64,000 bases of DNA. It comes from Oscillospiraceae bacterium. Its GTDB lineage: Bacteria > Bacillota > Clostridia > UBA1212 > UBA1255. The number at the start of each line of letters is the position of its first letter. Position 1 is the stretch's first letter. Shown piece after piece: positions 63,084 to 64,000 of the stretch. Location: positions 797 to 64,796 of the forward strand of contig SVJB01000002.1 of assembly GCA_015069185.1 (NCBI GenBank). Reading direction: 5' to 3'. Both the position numbers and the translations under genes were made by a program. Under the pieces are notes generated by a model. The model did no database searches and was not told where the DNA came from. It saw nothing but the letters and a program-made list of their open reading frames with translations.

Positions 63084-63978
63084 ACAAGGGATAATTCTTA
63101 AAGGAATATGTGGCTTATACTTCGTATATTCAAATGATGAGGTTTACGAATGTAATGTTCGCGGTATTTTTCGCAAAGATAAACTAAAACCACTTCCGGG
63201 AGACCGTGTAGAGCTTAAAGAATGCGACGATATAGCCAAGACGGCGACTATATCGTCGTTTTTTCCACGTAAAAACAGATTTTACAGACCTGATGTAGCC
63301 AATATTGATAAACTTATAATTGTCGTTGCCTCTAAGAAACCTGTGGCAGATTTCATGTTAGTAGACAAAATGATTATAACTGCATTTATGAATGATGTAG
63401 AGCCGGTGTTGATTATTAATAAATCTGACCAGGATAGCATAACAGCCGACAGAATTTTCACAGATTATTCCAAAGTGGTGCAATGTATAATCACAAGCGG
63501 AGCTAACGGCATTGGTGTAGCGGCTGTTAAGAAAGTTATAGAAGGGTATACATGTGTGTTAGCCGGACAGTCCGGTGTTGGTAAATCCACGCTGCTTAAT
63601 GAGATGCTTGATATGAAAGCAATGGAAACAGGAGAACTGAGCAGTAAAACTCACAGAGGTAAACATACAACAAGACATTCCGAAATATTTATACCGAAAG
63701 AAGGCATCTTTTTACAGCCGACATTAATCATTGATTCTCCTGGTTTCAGCATGTATGATATTGAAATGATTCCTCCCGGAGACTTGTCAAATTACTATCC
63801 GGAGATGTATAATATCAAGAATGGCGCGTGCAGATTTCCTGATTGCAGCCATACCGGTGAGCCGGGATGCGTCGTGAAGGAGGCGCTTGGGCGGGGTGAG
63901 ATTGCACTGGACAGATATCAGCGTTATGTAGAGATATATAATGAACTTGTTGTAAAAGACAAGAATAAATATAAATAA
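63070..63978 (+). CDS. rsgA: Ribosome small-subunit-dependent GTPase A
   Basis: NKSD, GQSGVGKSTLLN, and the zinc knuckle CRFPDCSHTGEPGC. It overlaps the prkC stop. Confidence 0.95.
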   Translation: MQTTKQGIILKGICGLYFVYSNDEVYECNVRGIFRKDKLKPLPGDRVELKECDDIAKTATISSFFPRKNRFYRPDVANIDKLIIVVASKKPVADFMLVDKMIITAFMNDVEPVLIINKSDQDSITADRIFTDYSKVVQCIITSGANGIGVAAVKKVIEGYTCVLAGQSGVGKSTLLNEMLDMKAMETGELSSKTHRGKHTTRHSEIFIPKEGIFLQPTLIIDSPGFSMYDIEMIPPGDLSNYYPEMYNIKNGACRFPDCSHTGEPGCVVKEALGRGEIALDRYQRYVEIYNELVVKDKNKYK

Positions 63979-64000
63979 TTGTGAAAGGGTTGTTGTTATG

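Noticed and set aside
1-64000. Scan for rRNA, tRNA, CRISPR arrays, transposases, integrases or phage genes
   Set aside because: None was recognised. tmRNA and the T-box leader are the only long non-coding stretches (over ~300 nt). The remaining intergenic gaps are mostly under ~250 nt and contain promoters, terminators and hairpins.

Overview
This is a moderately AT-rich (about 40% GC by eye) chromosomal segment from a Bacillota/Clostridia-type genome. It is dominated by core housekeeping genes, almost all on the + strand.

- **Centre (11.86-27.36 kb):** a complete S10-spc-alpha ribosomal-protein supercluster, rpsJ to rplQ, including secY, adk, map, infA, rpmJ and rpoA. L30/rpmD is absent. 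It is followed by ecfA1-ecfA2-ecfT, nnrD, alr and an EndoAI/EndoA-like (mazEF) pair.
- **Left end:** an accessory patch abuts the 3' end of ssrA (tmRNA, minus strand), which sits directly downstream of smpB. The patch holds an HTH-Fic protein, a visibly AT-rich Fic-like protein with a non-canonical active-site motif, and an ECF-type sigma factor with a long C-terminal extension. Next come a flavodoxin/ferredoxin fusion, a nadD-yqeK fusion, rsfS, two DUF5050-like proteins and a YitT-family protein.
- **Right half:** fakB/fakA, an LtaS-family protein, an alpha/beta SASP, and a small GH2-centred sugar cluster. A textbook T-box leader with a CUC (Leu) specifier sits in front of an ANL-family acyl-CoA-synthetase-like gene that is coupled to tatD-rsmA. 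Then come GTP-PEPCK, murC, an M23 peptidase, sleB, and the priA-def-fmt-rlmN-stp-prkC-rsgA cluster.

I saw no rRNA, tRNA, CRISPR array, transposase or integrase. I do not see a convincing new multi-gene system. The most interesting items are:

- the Leu T-box controlling an acyl-CoA-ligase-like gene in the synteny slot that holds metS in B. subtilis;
- the ssrA-adjacent Fic/Fic/sigma patch;
- a MazE-like antitoxin lacking its ribbon-helix-helix (RHH) domain;
- a sigmaG-like sleB promoter nested in the upstream terminator;
- several structured spacers inside the ribosomal operons.

All calls come from reading the sequence and the ORF translations. No database search was run.
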